10,220 bases of DNA from Candidatus Thorarchaeota archaeon. GTDB lineage: Archaea; Asgardarchaeota; Thorarchaeia; Thorarchaeales; Thorarchaeaceae. Made by a program: the position numbers and the translations under genes. The notes beneath the pieces were generated by a model. That model was not told the DNA's origin. It did no database searches and saw nothing but the letters and a program-made list of their open reading frames with translations. Positions 7,897 to 10,220 of this stretch are shown one piece after another. The number at the start of each line of letters is the position of its first letter. Within the stretch, counting starts at the first letter, position 1. The stretch spans positions 1 through 10,220 of the forward strand of contig JAEORO010000048.1 in the NCBI GenBank assembly GCA_016840855.1, read 5' to 3'.

Positions 7897-8901
7897 ATGG
7901 AGTATAGCGCAGTTCAGGATAGAGCATTTACAAAAGATGTTGACCAGTATCAACACCATCGAAGAGAAAACGCACAATTATTCGAATATCTCAAGAAGTT
8001 TCCACTAATGCCCGAATCATTGGATATCAGCTATGTTGACTTGTGGGACTTTCATTCCTTCAACCTTCACAAGATACAATATTGCGTAGAACCCACACTC
8101 TCTATCTTTGCATATCTTCTCGTGCCAAAAAATCTGAAGAGCAGAGTCCCAGGGATACTTGCATTACATGACCATAATGATGAGTACAAAGCTGGCAAAT
8201 CTGAAACGATTGGACTTGTTCAAAATCCAGAATACACAAAGCTGGAAGCAGTCCTGCCTGATCCCAATCATATCACACCCAAAAGCCATTCGCAGTTTGC
8301 ATACGCAAAGAATCTCTGTGAACGGGGTTTCGTTGTACTTGCGCCTGACTTTATTGGGTTCGAAGAGTATAGAGACGTGAGTGATTATTACGATGAGCCC
8401 GGTTTCATCAGAGGATTTGAGGAGATGCTAAGCTCAAAGTATCTCCTTTATGGGTCATGCTTAATGGCAAAACACCTTCATGATCTCTATGTGGCCGTAT
8501 CTGTTCTGACCTCAGTCAAGCAAGTCGAGCCAGAAAAGATAGGAGTCATTGGACACTCATTGGGGGGTGAAATGGCCTCAATATTGGCAGCCTTTGACAA
8601 TCGAATCAAGGCTGGAGCAGTGTCATGTGGGTTTGTGTCTTATGAGGCTTTTGAGAAGAGTGGTCGCATGGAAACAGCAGAAGCCATCATCCCTAATTTC
8701 CGAGCTGACAAACATGATTTCAATTTCTTCTTGAATATGATTCCACCCACACCATTTCTTCTGACACATGATGCACGAGACTCAGCTCATCTTTCAACTG
8801 AAGTAAAGAAGAATCTCAAGATTTTTGAACATAACAGAGGACATGCTTTTCCCGAAACCGCCCGAGAGCGAGCATATGAATTTCTAGCAACCCATTTGTG
8901 A
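7897..8901 (+). CDS. Alpha/beta hydrolase (dienelactone hydrolase / acetyl xylan esterase-like) (cassette 6)
   Basis: AYLLVP...PGILALH, GFVVLAPD, nucleophile elbow GHSLGG and C-terminal GHAF histidine. ATG 7897 follows a GGAGGA SD at 7885-7890; the ORF is open from 7831. Confidence 0.88.
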   Translation: MEYSAVQDRAFTKDVDQYQHHRRENAQLFEYLKKFPLMPESLDISYVDLWDFHSFNLHKIQYCVEPTLSIFAYLLVPKNLKSRVPGILALHDHNDEYKAGKSETIGLVQNPEYTKLEAVLPDPNHITPKSHSQFAYAKNLCERGFVVLAPDFIGFEEYRDVSDYYDEPGFIRGFEEMLSSKYLLYGSCLMAKHLHDLYVAVSVLTSVKQVEPEKIGVIGHSLGGEMASILAAFDNRIKAGAVSCGFVSYEAFEKSGRMETAEAIIPNFRADKHDFNFFLNMIPPTPFLLTHDARDSAHLSTEVKKNLKIFEHNRGHAFPETARERAYEFLATHL

Positions 8902-8914
8902 ATTCAAGAAGAAG

Positions 8915-8937
8915 TGGTACGGAAGGCGAGATTTGAA
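8915..8937 (-). repeat. att-like copy R7
   Basis: TGGTACGGAAGGCGAGATTTGAA, 21/23 identical. It also shares the flanking AGAAG (8910-8914) with the tRNA flank (9513-9517). Confidence 0.93.
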
Positions 8938-8958
8938 TCGATGAAGTATCCATTTCAA

Positions 8959-9444
8959 TTAACTGTAAGATGTCCTATTGATGACCCCACAATACATGCA
9001 TTTTACAGCTGTTTTTCCATCTGTTTGTTCTAGTGGCGCATGGCAATTTTCACAGACGAGATATCGCGGATCAAACACTCTATCGATTCGTCTAGAATTC
9101 TTGGGTACTGCTACTCTTGCTTTTCTACCAGTAGATAGGTTTACCAGACCCCAAGCTAGACATATTATGGTCATTGGTAAGACAACCATCAAAAAGAGTA
9201 GAATACCAGACCACCAATCAGGATCGGTGAAGAAGGACAGAAAAACAAATACTGAAATTACAATTGCGAAACCAAGTTTATCGTATGCTCCACTTGCATT
9301 TTTGCATGTGACAGAACAATATAACCCGCTTATCCAGCGGGCATCTTCTGCAGTTAGCCACCTTTTACTCTCTGTGGAACCGCACCATTTACATCTCATC
9401 ACCATCTTTCTATCGACAGCAATGTAATGCTTATCATTTGACAT
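8959..9444 (-). CDS. Hypothetical two-TM membrane protein with N- and C-terminal zinc-finger motifs (cassette 7)
   Basis: CKWC...YCSVTC, then two hydrophobic helices, then a CENC...CMYC zinc ribbon. Confidence 0.8.
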   Translation of the reverse strand: MSNDKHYIAVDRKMVMRCKWCGSTESKRWLTAEDARWISGLYCSVTCKNASGAYDKLGFAIVISVFVFLSFFTDPDWWSGILLFLMVVLPMTIICLAWGLVNLSTGRKARVAVPKNSRRIDRVFDPRYLVCENCHAPLEQTDGKTAVKCMYCGVINRTSYS

Positions 9445-9517
9445 AAAGACTCTCAGGACTCAATACGTGCGAAGTGGGATAAACTCTACTCTCTCAGGGT
9501 GTTATTGAAAATAGAAG

Positions 9518-9635
9518 TGGTGCGGAGGGCGAGATTTGAACTCGCGAACTCCTACGAGACAGCCTCTTCGTGGCAAAACACCACAAAGTCTAGGCCCTCA
9601 ACCTAGCGCCTTTAACCTGGCTTGGCAACCTCCGC
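9518..9635 (-). tRNA. trnL: tRNA-Leu(GAG) with encoded CCA and a 30-nt intron at position 43/44
   Basis: Minus strand reads GCGGAGG TT GCCAAGCCAGGTTAAAGGC G CTAGG TTGAGGG CCTAG [intron] TCTCGTAGGAGTTC GCGAG TTCAAAT CTCGC CCTCCGC A CCA. Anticodon GAG at 9599-9597, long variable arm, A73, mature length 88 nt. Confidence 0.95.
9560..9589 (-). other. tRNA intron with bulge-helix-bulge motif
   Basis: Intron ACTTTGTGGTGTTTTGCCACGAAGAGGCTG. Central 4-bp helix GCCT/AGGC, bulges AGA and TGT, intron stem CTTTGTGG/CCACGAAG. Confidence 0.88.
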
Positions 9636-9644
9636 ATATGAAAG

Positions 9645-10148
9645 GACAAGAGCCAATACTCCGTATTCCAGGAGAGCGCTTCCGGAGTATTGAACTATGG
9701 AGTTCATCGTTTTTCGTTGAAGTATGTATGATAAGGATTTCTGTTGCAAGAGAAGATCCTAGTCGAAAAGAAGAAAGTTTGTTCGGAACAGAGGGAGTCA
9801 CACCAAAGTGACAAACCAATCTGTTCTCTTTGTATTGAACTACTTGGATTACCTAGTAGTTCCAGCCAGCCACTCAAAAAAGGCTGGTTTTTGACCCCTA
9901 ACGGGGGGCTTTTCGGTATTTTTGTTATATTTCATTTATTTCACCTATTAGCTATAGATTTTATTTTGATTTCGCTTAAAACTATGGGAACCTGCACAAG
10001 TTTCTGAGTACTTTTCTATGTGAAAATAGAGTGATGGAGCCCCGGGCGGGATTCGAACCCGGGAGTCCATTCTGAGATACGATTATGACCATTAGCTTAT
10101 TGAAGTCCTAGAAATTTTATAACCTCCTTTTTGACAAGAGCCAATACT
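9645..10148. repeat. 16-bp perfect direct repeat
   Basis: GACAAGAGCCAATACT occurs at 9645-9660 and 10133-10148. Confidence 0.8.
10035..10061 (-). pseudogene. 3' fragment of a second tRNA (Thr-like), probable att remnant
   Basis: Minus strand CGGG TTCGAAT CCCGC CCGGGGC T CCA gives a T-arm, acceptor 3' strand, U73 and CCA. No matching 5' half (GCCCCGG) is in the window. Confidence 0.75.
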
Positions 10149-10220
10149 ATTGTTGTGCTTGAGAAGCCCCCCCCACTGAGAAAGATGTTTACGCAATATC
10201 GTATATAAGCTATAGCGGAC

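Larger units (their letters stand above)
4139..9540 (-). mobile_element. tRNA-Leu-anchored tandem array of seven single-gene cassettes delimited by att-like copies of the tRNA 3' end
   Basis: Eight same-orientation copies of TGGTGCGGAGGGCGAGATTTGAA (seven degenerate plus the tRNA itself) start at 4139, 4871, 5532, 5979, 7287, 7803, 8915 and 9518. There is one gene per interval. Confidence 0.8.

Noticed and set aside
108-9427. Antisense and alternate-frame ORFs inside the called genes (e.g. 476-766, 1304-1618, 3791-4009, 4502-4837, 5094-5402, 8978-9427)
   Set aside because: They are shadows of well-supported CDSs and have no independent motifs.
4139-9540. CRISPR array interpretation of the 23-nt repeats
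   Set aside because: Spacings are 447-1308 bp and gene-filled, the repeat is a tRNA 3' end, and no cas genes are present.
4139-9540. Classical integron with attC sites
   Set aside because: No GTTRRRY/RYYYAAC-bounded palindromes were seen at the junctions and there is no intI in the window.
9654-9692. SECIS element in the hairpin upstream of tRNA-Leu
   Set aside because: No adjacent gene with an in-frame TGA was found and the apical stem does not fit a SECIS.
9536-10007. ORFs 9536-9811, 9598-9819 and 9744-10007
   Set aside because: Two overlap the tRNA, none has recognisable motifs, and they are probably spurious.
9859-10175. Replication origin (ORB) suggested by GTTCCAG and G-strings
   Set aside because: The TCCAnTGGAAA core of ORB elements is absent and there is no adjacent cdc6/orc1 in the window.

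Overview
Archaeal window, probably an Asgard lineage such as Thorarchaeota (inference from a crenarchaeal-type SSB, an e-MtaB-type enzyme, a BHB tRNA intron and gene style). The left ~4 kb is housekeeping-like: the 3' end of an LpdD-like gene, a MoaD/SAMP ubiquitin-like gene, a tRNA methylthiotransferase, a Gfo/Idh/MocA oxidoreductase, a structured GC-rich non-coding segment next to a CDGSH fragment, and an SSB. The main observation is at 4139-9635. A minus-strand tRNA-Leu(GAG) with a non-canonical 43/44 intron is followed downstream by seven degenerate copies of its own last ~23 nt (T-loop to CCA). Exactly one unrelated gene lies between each pair of copies. This reads as an integron-like, tRNA-anchored array of single-gene cassettes, with no integrase in the window. 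A 3' fragment of a second tRNA (Thr-like) at 10035-10061 hints at a second such array beyond the right edge. All alignments were done by eye and no database searches were run.
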